Positions 29,546-39,068 of a stretch of DNA of 64,000 bases are shown piece after piece; positions within the stretch are counted from its first letter, which is position 1; each line of letters starts with the position of its first letter. The notes beneath the pieces were generated by a model. The model made no database searches. It was not told the DNA's origin and saw nothing but the letters and a program-made list of their open reading frames with translations. Origin of the DNA: Candidatus Micrarchaeaceae archaeon (GTDB lineage Bacteria > Chloroflexota > Dormibacteria > Aeolococcales > Bog-877); contig DATKSI010000028.1 in NCBI GenBank assembly GCA_035531715.1, forward strand, positions 7,003 through 71,002. The letters are read 5' to 3'. The position numbers and the translations under genes are program-made.

Positions 29546-31320
29546 CTGTGGGCGGCAGCAATGTTCCGCCAGCCCCGCGGCGCAAGCCACCTGAAGCCGA
29601 ACGTCGCTACCGCGACCACGCTCAGAGCAAACGCGATCGAAACCACGATCATCGCGGTCCCCGGACCGTAGATGTAGGTCGAGAGCGCTGAGGTGATCGC
29701 CACCGAGAGAGGAAACTGTCCGGGTGGGTAAAGCATCTGCGAGACCGGCAGCTCGAAGAGCACGGCGGTAAATGTCAACAGCCACGCCCACAAGCAACTG
29801 CGCGCCACGACCGGCACCACGGTGGTTAGCCACGCACGAAGTGGTCCCGCTCCGTGCACTCGAGCCGCCTGGGTCGGAGATTGGTCGACCTGCGCCAAGG
29901 GGCCGACCAGAATACGGGTGGTGGTCGGCAGGGCTCCTGCCAAATAGGCCATGCCCAACAGGAGCGCGGTGCCATAAAGATGTATTCCCACCGCATTGAT
30001 GAAGGGCAGGTTGTAAGCAAAGATGTAACCGGCGCCGAGTACGATGCCCGGTAGCGCGATTGTGGCCAGCAAGAGCAGATCGAGCAGTCGAGCGCCCCGA
30101 CCCGCCTGACGTCGGGTCAAGAAATGGGCCATCCACACGGCCAAGACCGCCACGACGCTGGCGACAGTCGCGGCCATACGCGTCGAGAACTCCAGCGGCG
30201 CAATAAGGGAACCCGTGTGAATCAACTGCCGGTAGTAGCTGCTGGTGAGCTCGTTCCAAGCGATGTGGCCCGCGCCGGGCTTGAGCAGCGAAGAGGTCAG
30301 TGCGCCCAGGACGGGCACTCCTAGGGACAGGACAAAGAAGCCGCCAGCGAGACCTAGGCCCAACGCTTGGCCCCTGATGGGCAACTTAATGCGCACCGGG
30401 GTTCTGGTACTTCCACTGAGAACACCATAGACGCGACCGCGGATTGCCCGGGATTGCAGCAAAAGGGCCAGCCCAACCGCACCTACCAAAAACCAGCCCA
30501 CCGCCGCCGCGACCGGAAAATGCACAGGATACTCATCGATGGCATTGAACAGGGTGAAGGTGGCCAGGGGAAACTTGCTGGACGCGGCCAACGTGTCGGC
30601 GATACCGAAATCACTGATCGTCTCCGCAAAGACCAGCGCTAGTCCGGCCCAAATGGCGGGAGCCAGCATCGGGATCAGGGTGCGCCACGCGCCGATCCGA
30701 CCCGCCCCGTGGATCCGCGCCGCGTCCTCGTACTCACGGCCGATTCCCGCCAGCGCCGGCGCAACTGCCAAAAAAGCGAAGGGGACACCCTTGGTGATGT
30801 ACACAAACGTGACCCCGACGGGGCCGAAGAATAGGCTGGAAAGCCAAGTTACCCGGAGTCCCAGATCCCAAAACGCTCCGTGGCTGACGAGCACCTGCTC
30901 CCACCCAAGCGCGACCAGATAGGACGGGGAAAGCAGCACGGCCCAAATCAGAATCGACCAGATTCCCCGCCCCCACAAATCGGTGCGCGCCATCCACCAG
31001 GCCAGTCCCAGTGCCACCGCCACCGAGACCGCCGCGGTGATGGCGCCCACCAGAATCGAGTCGAAGATTCCGGGCAGGACCCGCGACCGAATCGCGGAGT
31101 CGAAGCTGCCGACGCCGAGCCACGCCGACCCTTGATCGAAGAGCCGGGGACTCAACGCACTCAACAGGAACAAACCGACCGGGAGCACGAGGACCGCCGC
31201 CAAACCGATCCACCAGATGACCGCGGGAGCAATGCCCGCTGACCGCCAAAGGCCGAGGGCCACTCGGTGCGGCCCCCGGCCCCGTTTGGAGGGCTGACCG
31301 GGGAGGGACAGCGGCTTCAA
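29542..31320 (-). CDS. ABC transporter permease, duplicated (two BPD_transp_1 domains; FbpB/ThiP-type)
   Basis: About 590 aa with ~12 TM helices and two permease halves. The track start at 31392 overlaps the SBP gene by 68 nt, so the TTG at 31320, 5 nt after the SBP stop, is more plausible. The start remains uncertain. Confidence 0.8.
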   Translation of the reverse strand: MKPLSLPGQPSKRGRGPHRVALGLWRSAGIAPAVIWWIGLAAVLVLPVGLFLLSALSPRLFDQGSAWLGVGSFDSAIRSRVLPGIFDSILVGAITAAVSVAVALGLAWWMARTDLWGRGIWSILIWAVLLSPSYLVALGWEQVLVSHGAFWDLGLRVTWLSSLFFGPVGVTFVYITKGVPFAFLAVAPALAGIGREYEDAARIHGAGRIGAWRTLIPMLAPAIWAGLALVFAETISDFGIADTLAASSKFPLATFTLFNAIDEYPVHFPVAAAVGWFLVGAVGLALLLQSRAIRGRVYGVLSGSTRTPVRIKLPIRGQALGLGLAGGFFVLSLGVPVLGALTSSLLKPGAGHIAWNELTSSYYRQLIHTGSLIAPLEFSTRMAATVASVVAVLAVWMAHFLTRRQAGRGARLLDLLLLATIALPGIVLGAGYIFAYNLPFINAVGIHLYGTALLLGMAYLAGALPTTTRILVGPLAQVDQSPTQAARVHGAGPLRAWLTTVVPVVARSCLWAWLLTFTAVLFELPVSQMLYPPGQFPLSVAITSALSTYIYGPGTAMIVVSIAFALSVVAVATFGFRWLAPRGWRNIAAAHR

Positions 31321-31324
31321 GTGT

Positions 31325-32383
31325 TCAGGCGACGATGTTGCTGGTGAACCAGCCGTTGAGCCTTGCTTCGCGGGGGCCCCAGGTGTAGGCATTCAGCACT
31401 TGGTAGGGCACCGCACTGAACTGCGGCAATTCGGGCCGCGGATTTATCCCTTTTAGCACTGGCCAGTAGAGCGAATCTCCGGTGGGATCCCCGGTCTGCA
31501 TCTGGTGCTGACCCGGCTTGGACAGCACGAACTCCACGAACTTCTCAGCCTCCAACTGCTCCTGACGCGACACCTTGCCGTCGATCCCGATGACCGATGG
31601 CAGCAGCGTCTCCGGATTCAGGAAGGCGACCTTGAGCGAACTGTTCTCGGAGGCCCCGATGGCCGCGGAGCTTTGGATCACTGCCATCTTGATCTGTCCC
31701 GACTCCAGCGCATTGAGGGTGTCGCCATTGACATCGTGGATGACCAGACCGTTGGCTTTCAACTTCTGGAAGTAACGTTCTCCAGCGGTGATGCCGCCCT
31801 GGTGGTTCATCACGCCCGCGACGCACGGGTAGGTCGGTCCCGAGATGGACGGATTGTTCATGCCGAGATCCCCCTTCCACTTGGCTAGGGTGAGCTGACC
31901 CCAGGTGGTGGGCGGCGTGCCTATCTCCGCCGAGTTGTAAATCAATGCGCACGCCAGAGTGAAGCCGGTGGGGATGTAACTCCGATCCTGGGGAAGTACC
32001 TTACGGGCAGGCGCGGTCCAATCCACCTTGGGCTCGAAGTGCCTGAGCAAGGCACCTTGGCGGTCCAGAGCGGCAAAGGCCTCGTCCCCGTCCACCCACA
32101 GCAGTCCCCACTGAGGATTGTTTGCTTCCGCGGCGATTCGGGCGAGCAGCGGTCCGGTACTGTCGTCAACAAGCTCGGTAGTGATTCCCGTGGCTTTCTG
32201 AAAGGCCGCAACAGTGTTCTTGTCGTAACCCTGCGACGAATAGACCACCAACGGAACCTGTTTGGATTTGGCGGCCGCGGGTTGATTGGGCGAAAGCGCC
32301 AACCACGACATGGCGAGCAGACCGGCGGTCAATATCAGTGATGCGTGCCTTCTGTTCCGTAGTCCAATTCGCGCAGCCAACAA
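31325..32383 (-). CDS. ABC transporter periplasmic substrate-binding protein (iron(III)/thiamine-type, family 1)
   Basis: A signal-like N-terminus is followed by VVYSSQGYDKNTVAAFQKATGI, typical of the FbpA/AfuA/TbpA class. The TTG start has a GGGAGG SD 8 nt upstream. Confidence 0.8.
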   Translation of the reverse strand: MLAARIGLRNRRHASLILTAGLLAMSWLALSPNQPAAAKSKQVPLVVYSSQGYDKNTVAAFQKATGITTELVDDSTGPLLARIAAEANNPQWGLLWVDGDEAFAALDRQGALLRHFEPKVDWTAPARKVLPQDRSYIPTGFTLACALIYNSAEIGTPPTTWGQLTLAKWKGDLGMNNPSISGPTYPCVAGVMNHQGGITAGERYFQKLKANGLVIHDVNGDTLNALESGQIKMAVIQSSAAIGASENSSLKVAFLNPETLLPSVIGIDGKVSRQEQLEAEKFVEFVLSKPGQHQMQTGDPTGDSLYWPVLKGINPRPELPQFSAVPYQVLNAYTWGPREARLNGWFTSNIVA

Positions 32384-32588
32384 GAAGAAACCTCCCTCAG
32401 ACGCACCTGCCTGGCCACCAACCGACCCACCTCGCGTGGGCCGGTCGCTACTGACGAAATGATTGTGGTCGCGCGGTTAAGGGGGGCCTAACGTGGCGCT
32501 AAGAGATGACTAAGATCTAATTCGGTCGGAAAGCTGGCGCTGGGCTTTGCTCACTACCACCCTGCTCACGCCCCAGCCTTCGCGTTGA

Positions 32589-33689
32589 CTACAGCTCCTG
32601 TCCCAGGATCGCGGGATCGTAGCCAGGCAGCGACGCAAGCTCGTGGCCAAGCGTCGGTCCGCCCAGGGCCGCGAGGAGCAAGCGAAGCTCAGGGGCGTCG
32701 AGCCGGGCTCGAGCCACGTGGAGCACGCAGTCCTCGTCGGACAGGGGAAGAAAATCCAGTCCATACAAAAGCGCCGCCGGCTCGGTGGCGATGCCAGCCT
32801 CGGCAATCCCGCTGGCGATGGCGCTGGCCACCTGGAGGTGACCTTGAGCATGACTGGAGTACCCATCCAGCTCCCCGCTGGGGAACCCCAGTCGGCTCAG
32901 CTCCCGGTCTAGCAACCTCCTCGCCTCCGACCCGACCTCCCGGTTGACCCAGCGCAGCTTCCGTTCTAAGAGGCCGGCTAGGGTGCGGGGCCGCTTCGAC
33001 CTTCCGGAACGGCTGAGAAGCACGCCCTCCCGCCAGCTGGCGAAGCCAATCCTGGCCAGGCTTCGGCCGCTCCGTCCTTCGCCGCCGCTGCCCACCGGCA
33101 GATGCACCGCCGCGGCGTGCACCAGCCCCTGGTCCAGTAACCGCAGTGCGTCGTGGTTCGAGCACGGCCACCAAGCCACGGTCCACCCCGATCGGGTAGC
33201 TGCCACCGGCGCCGCCAGCAGCGGCAGGGCGGGGTCGCAGCCGGCCACGACCAGAGAGCGCCCATGGCCCCAGAGCTGCGCTCGATTGCCGTCGGCGATC
33301 CGTCCGTCGGCGGGAGTGAAGCCCGCGATCATGGCCGTGTCGCCAACCTGGGGAAGTGCCACCCAGTGATCCCAGACCTCCGCCAACCGCGCTCTGGCCG
33401 GCGGCCGAGTTGGTCCCAGGCTCGTGGCCACCACCGGACGAGCTGCTTGATCTGACCCGAAAATCTGATCGACACTGCTGCCCAGTACCCGCGCCAGCTG
33501 AAGGGCTACTCCCAGCGATGGCGACCACGAGCCAGCCTCCGCCCCCGCCAGGGCCTGACGGCTGATGCCACAAAGAGCCGCCAGCTGACCCTGGGTAAGG
33601 CCAGACCCCAGCCGAGCCAGACGCAGGCGACGTCCGGCCTCGACCGCCCCCGGCGCGGGAGCCCGACGGGCTGGCCTGGACTCAGTCAA
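32589..33689 (-). CDS. XRE-family HTH regulator fused to a periplasmic-binding-protein-like (COG1910, molybdate-binding-type) domain
   Basis: The N-terminus LTQGQLAALCGISRQALAGAEAGSWSPSLGVALQLARVLG is an HTH_3 domain. The C-terminal ~270 aa are PBP-like. It overlaps the stop of the upstream ABC ATPase gene. Confidence 0.65.
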   Translation of the reverse strand: MTESRPARRAPAPGAVEAGRRLRLARLGSGLTQGQLAALCGISRQALAGAEAGSWSPSLGVALQLARVLGSSVDQIFGSDQAARPVVATSLGPTRPPARARLAEVWDHWVALPQVGDTAMIAGFTPADGRIADGNRAQLWGHGRSLVVAGCDPALPLLAAPVAATRSGWTVAWWPCSNHDALRLLDQGLVHAAAVHLPVGSGGEGRSGRSLARIGFASWREGVLLSRSGRSKRPRTLAGLLERKLRWVNREVGSEARRLLDRELSRLGFPSGELDGYSSHAQGHLQVASAIASGIAEAGIATEPAALLYGLDFLPLSDEDCVLHVARARLDAPELRLLLAALGGPTLGHELASLPGYDPAILGQEL

Positions 33690-34671
33690 AGACCGCCTCG
33701 GACCCTGGGAACCGGGGCGCGGTCTCAGGGCGGAAATAAAGCCGGGATCCCAGCTGAGGCGGCTCGGCGAGTCGAGCGTGCCAGCGGCCGACCCAATCCC
33801 CCTCAGCGGTCAGCTCGACATCGACCAGCGCTCCGTCCGGCACGATCCCCACCACCCTGCCGGAGATCACCCCATCTCCCTCCTCCGCGCCCACGGGATG
33901 GGCCAGGTCCGGATGAATCGCTAAGACGTGGTCTCCGCGCCTGAGCCAGCCGCGATATCCGACCAGGCTAGCGACCAGGGCGGATTTGGGGCGAAGCACG
34001 ACCTCCCGCGGGTCACCAATCTGCAGCACCGAGCCGCGGTGCAGGATCGCCACCCGATCGGCGAAGGCCTGAGCGTCGCTGAGCTGGTGGGTCACTAGCA
34101 CTGCCGCCGCGCCGCTATCTGTGAGCGCTTCGCGCACCACCCCCAGGAGCTCTCGTCCGAGCGGACGGTCCAGGGAGCTGAAGGGCTCATCCAAGCAGAG
34201 CAGACGCAGCTCGGTCTGCAGCGCTCGGCACAACGCCACCCGCTGCGCCTCGCCGCCGGAGAGCCCTTGGGGCCGCGCATGCTGCAGGCCACTGAGCCCC
34301 ATCCGAGCGGCCGTCGCGACCGCCTGGACCGGGAGGGCGCCGGGCGGGTAGCAGATGTTCTCCAGCACGGTGAGATGGGGGAAGAGCCCCGGATTCTGGC
34401 GCAGCAACCCGACCCGGCGATGGCCCATCCGGGTGTCGCGACGGGGGCTCCTGGCGGAGCTGATCCGGTCCTGATCGAGCCAGATCTCACCGGCGGTTAG
34501 CGGGACCAACCCGGCGATTGCCTCCAAGAGGGTGGTTTTGCCGGCCCCGGAGGGACCGAGGACCGCGACCCGTTCTCCGGGTGCCACCTGGATGTCCAGT
34601 CCGACAGTGAAGTCGCGCCGGGCTACCTCAAAGTCGGCGGCGAGCATGGCTACTCCAGATGAAGGCCCCAA
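33682..34671 (-). CDS. ABC transporter ATP-binding protein (molybdate/tungstate-type)
   Basis: GPSGAGKTTLLEAIAGL, LSGGEAQRVALCRAL and LCLDEPFSSLD are present. The start may be the ATG at 34647. Confidence 0.85.
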   Translation of the reverse strand: MGPSSGVAMLAADFEVARRDFTVGLDIQVAPGERVAVLGPSGAGKTTLLEAIAGLVPLTAGEIWLDQDRISSARSPRRDTRMGHRRVGLLRQNPGLFPHLTVLENICYPPGALPVQAVATAARMGLSGLQHARPQGLSGGEAQRVALCRALQTELRLLCLDEPFSSLDRPLGRELLGVVREALTDSGAAAVLVTHQLSDAQAFADRVAILHRGSVLQIGDPREVVLRPKSALVASLVGYRGWLRRGDHVLAIHPDLAHPVGAEEGDGVISGRVVGIVPDGALVDVELTAEGDWVGRWHARLAEPPQLGSRLYFRPETAPRFPGSEAVFD

Positions 34672-35446
34672 CCGGCAGCGGCAGAGCCACCACCAGCAGC
34701 ACCAGGGCGAACGGTAGCGCCGAGCTGAGCCCGGACTCCTGCAGGGTGACCCAGATCTGCATCGGCAGCCCGAACGGGTGGTAGGCGATGATCAGCACCG
34801 CGCCGAAGGCACCCATGGCTCGAGCCCAGGTCACGGCCAGGGCGGTGGCCAGCCCCGGCGCGGCCAGCGGGACGGTCACTCGCCGAAAGGTCCGCCAGTG
34901 GCCGTCTCCCAGCAGCCCTGCGGCCTGCTCCAGTTGCGGGTCGACGGACGCGAAGGCCGCGGCGGCTCCGAGAACGTAGTACGGCACCGCTTCGTAGACC
35001 TCGGCCAGAACCAAGGCGAAGAAGGTGTCCGAGGCGGTCAGATCGATCCGGCTGAGGGCGGCTCCGATCGGGGTGGACGGACCGACCATGAAGATCAGGA
35101 GCAGGCCGATCACCAGTGGCGGGGTGAGGAGCGGGAGGATCACCCCGACCTCCCAGAGCCGAGGGAAGGGGAGCCGGCCCCGCGCCATCAGATAGGCCAG
35201 GGGGGTGCCCAGCAAAAGGATCACCGCCAGGGCGATCAAGGAGGCCAGGACCGACACCTCCAGTGGCTGGAATGCCCCCGGTTGGCGCAGGGCACTGACC
35301 ACCGAGCGAGGGGTGAGATGCGCCAGCAACGCCAGCAGCGGTCCCAGCAGGGCGACCCAGACAAGCAGCGCCCCGACCAGGGCAACCCCGGTGCTGGCCC
35401 GGATTCCCGAACTGCGCGACAGCGCGGTCGCAGGAGGGATGGTCAT
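34628..35446 (-). CDS. ABC transporter permease (ModB/CysT-type)
   Basis: ATG at 35446 (MTIPPATAL...) overlaps the SBP stop (ATGA). It has six TM helices and an EAAxxxG-like segment (LEQAAGLLGDGHWRTFRRV). The track ORF to 36115 is over-extended. Confidence 0.8.
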   Translation of the reverse strand: MTIPPATALSRSSGIRASTGVALVGALLVWVALLGPLLALLAHLTPRSVVSALRQPGAFQPLEVSVLASLIALAVILLLGTPLAYLMARGRLPFPRLWEVGVILPLLTPPLVIGLLLIFMVGPSTPIGAALSRIDLTASDTFFALVLAEVYEAVPYYVLGAAAAFASVDPQLEQAAGLLGDGHWRTFRRVTVPLAAPGLATALAVTWARAMGAFGAVLIIAYHPFGLPMQIWVTLQESGLSSALPFALVLLVVALPLPVGAFIWSSHARRRL

Positions 35447-36432
35447 CTCTTTTGAGTGAGCGCCCGGATCCAACCGGGTGCTGCCGCCCGCCGGCCGAGC
35501 AAGGTTGGGGAAAGCAGGGTGTAGCCTCGGCGGGTCAGGATCCCTCGGGCCCGGGAGCCGAGTAGAAACCTGATGAAGGCGTTGCCGGCTCCGGGATCTC
35601 CTCCGACCCTGAGCTCCGAGACCTCGAGGTCTAGCAGCGACCCGTGGACGACCTGACCGGTCGCGAGCGTCAGCGTGGCCCGCGCATAAATCGGGCTGTC
35701 GCGGGGGTCCCCGAAGTTGATTTTGGGGGGAAGGGAGATGTAGGGCATCCCCAGCTGGACCGCCTGGGGCAGGTAGGCGCTGGCGGCGTCGAGCTGGCCT
35801 GCCTGGAGGCTGGCATCCAGCCCCGTCTCCGAGAAGATCTGTGAGCTGGCACTGGCCCCACCCAGGTCGGCGTTGGCGGTGACCGGACTTACTCCCAGGT
35901 ATCGCTCCGCGAGGTGGACCATTTCGACGAAACCCTGCCCCTGCGGGTCCAGCGCTGGATCGGTGCGGCCGAGCTTGAAGCCAGGCCGCGCCATCAGGGT
36001 GAAGAGGTCTTTGAGGGGAAGCTTTCCCTGGGAGATCTGCTTCAGCCGGCCGGCGTGGGGACCGCGGGGATAGTAGGCGACGACCAGGGGGCTGGCGGCG
36101 AAGCGGACGGCCCACCTGGTGAATCGGGGCTCCAGCAGCCGCATCGCGGCCGATCCGATCGGCAGGAATACATTGGGGCTGAGCTCACCCGCCACGATCT
36201 CCTGGGCCAGACCCTGGCTGCCCGCCGACTGGTTCTGGTACCGGTCGCCACTGGCCCTTACGAACGCTGGGCCCAGGTACCGATCCAGCAACAGCTGCAG
36301 CGATCCGGCGCTGGCCAAATTGGCCAGCCCAGTGCTGCCGGTGGCGGCAGCCGCCGGCGCCACGCTCACCGAGACGAGCGCCGACGCGGTGACCAAAAAG
36401 ATTGCGGACAAGCGACGCCGCTCCCAGTTCAC
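35443..36432 (-). CDS. Periplasmic substrate-binding protein (molybdate/tungstate ModA/WtpA-like)
   Basis: Has a signal peptide and a PBP fold, and is the first gene of an SBP-permease-ATPase-regulator operon. Oxyanion specificity cannot be determined from the sequence. Confidence 0.65.
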   Translation of the reverse strand: MNWERRRLSAIFLVTASALVSVSVAPAAAATGSTGLANLASAGSLQLLLDRYLGPAFVRASGDRYQNQSAGSQGLAQEIVAGELSPNVFLPIGSAAMRLLEPRFTRWAVRFAASPLVVAYYPRGPHAGRLKQISQGKLPLKDLFTLMARPGFKLGRTDPALDPQGQGFVEMVHLAERYLGVSPVTANADLGGASASSQIFSETGLDASLQAGQLDAASAYLPQAVQLGMPYISLPPKINFGDPRDSPIYARATLTLATGQVVHGSLLDLEVSELRVGGDPGAGNAFIRFLLGSRARGILTRRGYTLLSPTLLGRRAAAPGWIRALTQKR

Positions 36433-36456
36433 CGGGCCAGCATAGCCTCTGGCCCG

Positions 36457-36471
36457 ACAGTCCTGCTTGCA
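36457..36471. promoter_or_regulatory. Inverted repeat CTTGC-ATTAC-GCAAG just upstream of the SBP start
   Basis: A perfect 5+5 inverted repeat read directly from the sequence, 25-39 nt upstream of the GTG at 36432. It is a possible operator or 5'-UTR hairpin. Confidence 0.25.
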
Positions 36472-36989
36472 TTACGCAAGTCCGTGGACCGATCCTGGAG
36501 CTCGCGAGAACCACTGCGACGGCGCCCCTCGTCGGGGCCATGTCGTCGGAGGTGAGACCACGGCGCCGGGTGCTTCGACGCGAGTCGCAGGCCAGCACCG
36601 TTATGGGCGAGGTTGAGCTCAGTTCGAGGAGCGCCACCGTGGGATCGAGCTGTCGGCACCCCACCGCCCCAACGGTCGGCGGCGCGGTCGGAGTGCTCGT
36701 GCCCGAGGGGATCGATGGCGAGGTGCACGGCCTCGCGATCAGGGACGTCAGGACGCTCAGAATTGGCGCCTCGCCTCAGTTACCCAGGTCGTCCACCATT
36801 CAGATGACCGATTTGGCGTTGCCGGGCGAGGTGAACATGACCTGCAGTCGGAGTTCTCCGGGCCGCCGCTAGACCCCCTTCAGCTGGGGCTAATCGGCCC
36901 GAGCAGCGGGCGCTACCACACCGGCGACGGGGGCCCGGTCCGGTGGATGACCAATGCCACCAGCGCCGCGAGCTATCGTCGCAGGGAGC

Positions 36990-37334
36990 TCACCTCGGGG
37001 CGGTGGGGTCCGCGGCCCGGTCGATTTTGGCGGCGAGGATGAAGTCGTTACGGGTCAAACCCCCGGCGGCGTGGGTGGTCAGCTCCACGGCGAGATAACC
37101 CCAGCCGATCCGAAGGTCCGGATGGTGGCCCTCGCGCTCGGCCAACAGCGCCACTCTGGTGGCCAGGGTGAAGGCGGCAGCGAAGTTGGGGAACTCGAAT
37201 TGACGCCGCAAGCTGCGGTCCTCGACCGCCCAGCTCTGGTTCAGCTCCTGCAGCAAGGCCACCTGCTCCTCGCCGGAGATCGTCGGCGTGTCGTGATGGC
37301 AGGCCTGGCAGCGCTCTCGGACCAGCTCGCTCAC
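36990..37334 (-). CDS. 4a-hydroxytetrahydrobiopterin (pterin-4-alpha-carbinolamine) dehydratase
   Basis: RRQFEFPNFAAAFTLATRVALLAEREGHHPDL...LTTHAAGGLT is the PCD signature. The GTG start overlaps the stop of the upstream gene (GTGA). Confidence 0.85.
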   Translation of the reverse strand: MSELVRERCQACHHDTPTISGEEQVALLQELNQSWAVEDRSLRRQFEFPNFAAAFTLATRVALLAEREGHHPDLRIGWGYLAVELTTHAAGGLTRNDFILAAKIDRAADPTAPR

Positions 37335-39052
37335 GGCTGGGCCATTACCCGGGGGGAGTCGCCAGCACAGCGCTCCAGAATTCTGGCGGCGATGGCCAAG
37401 GCGCCGGCATAGGTGGCCTCCATCCCCTCGAAGCGTAGCCCCCGGGCGCCGAGGGTGCGGGCCTGGGTATACGGGGTATCCGAGGCGTAATGGATCACTC
37501 CGACCTCCATCGCCGGTCGACTGAGGTCCACCTGTTCGTGGTCAGGGTAGCGCGAGCTGTCGCCGGCCTCGAAGACGGCGCCCAAATAGGGACCCGCCTC
37601 CATCTCGACAACCGTGTAGGCATCCCGGTAAAACCGCTCCAGATAGCCCCGATTTTGGAGAAAGGTCGAGCGCACCGAGACCGCCCGCTGGCGGTCGAGC
37701 ACCGAGCGCGAGGTGACGAACGGGGCGAGCTGGGCAAAGGAGAAGCAGTTGTTGAGCCAGTAGGTGTTGCCACTCTGTTCGTCATGCACCACGTCGGAGA
37801 CCATCACGTCCCCGACGTCCGCATTAAGGGTCGCCGCCTTGCCCAGGATGTAGACCCCCGCGACATGGTCCGTCGCCTCCATCACCTGGCGGAGGATGTG
37901 ATACGCGCCCAACCCCAGGGGGTACTGGATGTTGAGGATCACCTGGGGCGCCCTGGCCAGAGCCTCGGGGTCCACCGCCGGCCGCAGCCGGGGATCCAGA
38001 CGGGAGAGTTGGAGCCGATCGAGAACGATCAGCTGAGCGGCGACATCGGTGCCCGACTGCGACGGAACGTGAAAGATGCCTTCGCTGCGCTCTTCGCTCG
38101 ACCTCAAGGCGCGCTCCTCGGGATGGACCTCGAACCAGCGTCGGGCGGCGAAATAGAGAAAGTTCTCCGCCGAGAGACGAGATCCCTTCGCGCGGAGCTC
38201 GGCCGCGATCAGCTGCAACTCCCGGTCCCCCGACTCCCCGACCCATTGCTCGACCCGGGAGGCCCGCTGGCGGGCCACCCCGGAGAGCAGGTTGACCAGG
38301 CAATGGGCATTGCTGCTCACGAAGTAGAGAGGCCGGTCGAGGAGGCTTTCGCGGCGGAGCACATCCCCCAGTGGCCGCCACCACTCCCTGGTGGCCCTCG
38401 CGTATCCCACCTGCGAGCCGCCCAGCAGTTGGATGCCCAAATCCATCGGCCGCCGGGACACTTCAGCCAGGAAGTCAGCTGTCCTCGGACCGAAAACAGC
38501 TCTCAGTCGCTCCCAGTCGTCTTCAGCGACGCCGAGCCGCTCTCTCGCCGCCGGCTCGGTAGCCTCGCCAGGGGGCAGCGTCAGGCCCTGAAGGAGCGCA
38601 TGGGCCTTGTTCCACTCGATCTGTATCGCCACCAGGGTCGGGACCAGGTCGTCCAGATCAGAGCTGCTGGCCAGGGCCACCGCCAGGGTGCGCAGGGACG
38701 GGTTCCACCACCAGCGCCGGCGTCTTCCCGGGGCGACGACCGGGACCCACTCCGCTGGATCAGAGCCGCCGAAGCGCAAAAGCTGGTCCGGCGACTGGCC
38801 CAAGCGAACGTGCTCCAACTCCAGGACAACCGGGGGCAACCGGTGCAGGGCATAGAGCAGCGCTCCGCTGTCGAGCTCCTCCCGGGCGCCCAGCGGGTGG
38901 AGGGAGGACTCCATGCCCAGATGAGATCGCTCGAGGGCCTGGAGTCGGATCTCGCCGGAGGATCGCAGGATCGAGAGATAGGTGCGGACGTAAAGCTCGA
39001 CCTGCTCCTCGCCTGACCCGGACACGACTGAGGCCGGTGCCTCGAGCGTCAT
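37331..39052 (-). CDS. Uncharacterised 573-aa protein: unknown ~370-aa N-terminal region + C-terminal nucleoside-phosphorylase (PNP_UDP)-like domain
   Basis: One long ORF with high GC3. The C-terminus reads YILGKAATLNADVGDVMVSDVVHDEQSG...AYTVVEMEAGPYLGAV, which is the phosphorylase-superfamily pattern. I do not recognise the N-terminal region. Confidence 0.7.
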   Translation of the reverse strand: MTLEAPASVVSGSGEEQVELYVRTYLSILRSSGEIRLQALERSHLGMESSLHPLGAREELDSGALLYALHRLPPVVLELEHVRLGQSPDQLLRFGGSDPAEWVPVVAPGRRRRWWWNPSLRTLAVALASSSDLDDLVPTLVAIQIEWNKAHALLQGLTLPPGEATEPAARERLGVAEDDWERLRAVFGPRTADFLAEVSRRPMDLGIQLLGGSQVGYARATREWWRPLGDVLRRESLLDRPLYFVSSNAHCLVNLLSGVARQRASRVEQWVGESGDRELQLIAAELRAKGSRLSAENFLYFAARRWFEVHPEERALRSSEERSEGIFHVPSQSGTDVAAQLIVLDRLQLSRLDPRLRPAVDPEALARAPQVILNIQYPLGLGAYHILRQVMEATDHVAGVYILGKAATLNADVGDVMVSDVVHDEQSGNTYWLNNCFSFAQLAPFVTSRSVLDRQRAVSVRSTFLQNRGYLERFYRDAYTVVEMEAGPYLGAVFEAGDSSRYPDHEQVDLSRPAMEVGVIHYASDTPYTQARTLGARGLRFEGMEATYAGALAIAARILERCAGDSPRVMAQP

Positions 39053-39068
39053 GGCTGCACCGCCCGGC

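Noticed and set aside
32384-32588. The leader of the iron/thiamine-type ABC operon was checked for a TPP riboswitch, because ThiBPQ-like transporters often have one.
   Set aside because: The - strand has CTGAGGGAGG, but that is the Shine-Dalgarno region. The diagnostic ACCTGATCTGGATAATGCCAGCG-like element is absent. Only a 9-bp hairpin (CCGGCCCAC/GTGGGTCGG, about 32415-32437) was seen, which is not diagnostic.
36433-36700. A possible molybdenum-cofactor (Moco) riboswitch upstream of the Mo/W-type SBP gene. The - strand contains CACCTCCGA.
   Set aside because: I could not find the other conserved elements I remember, such as a GGAAAGG-type 3' segment close to the start codon, or a convincing multi-stem architecture. 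Only an Rfam RF01055 scan could settle it, so it is not called.
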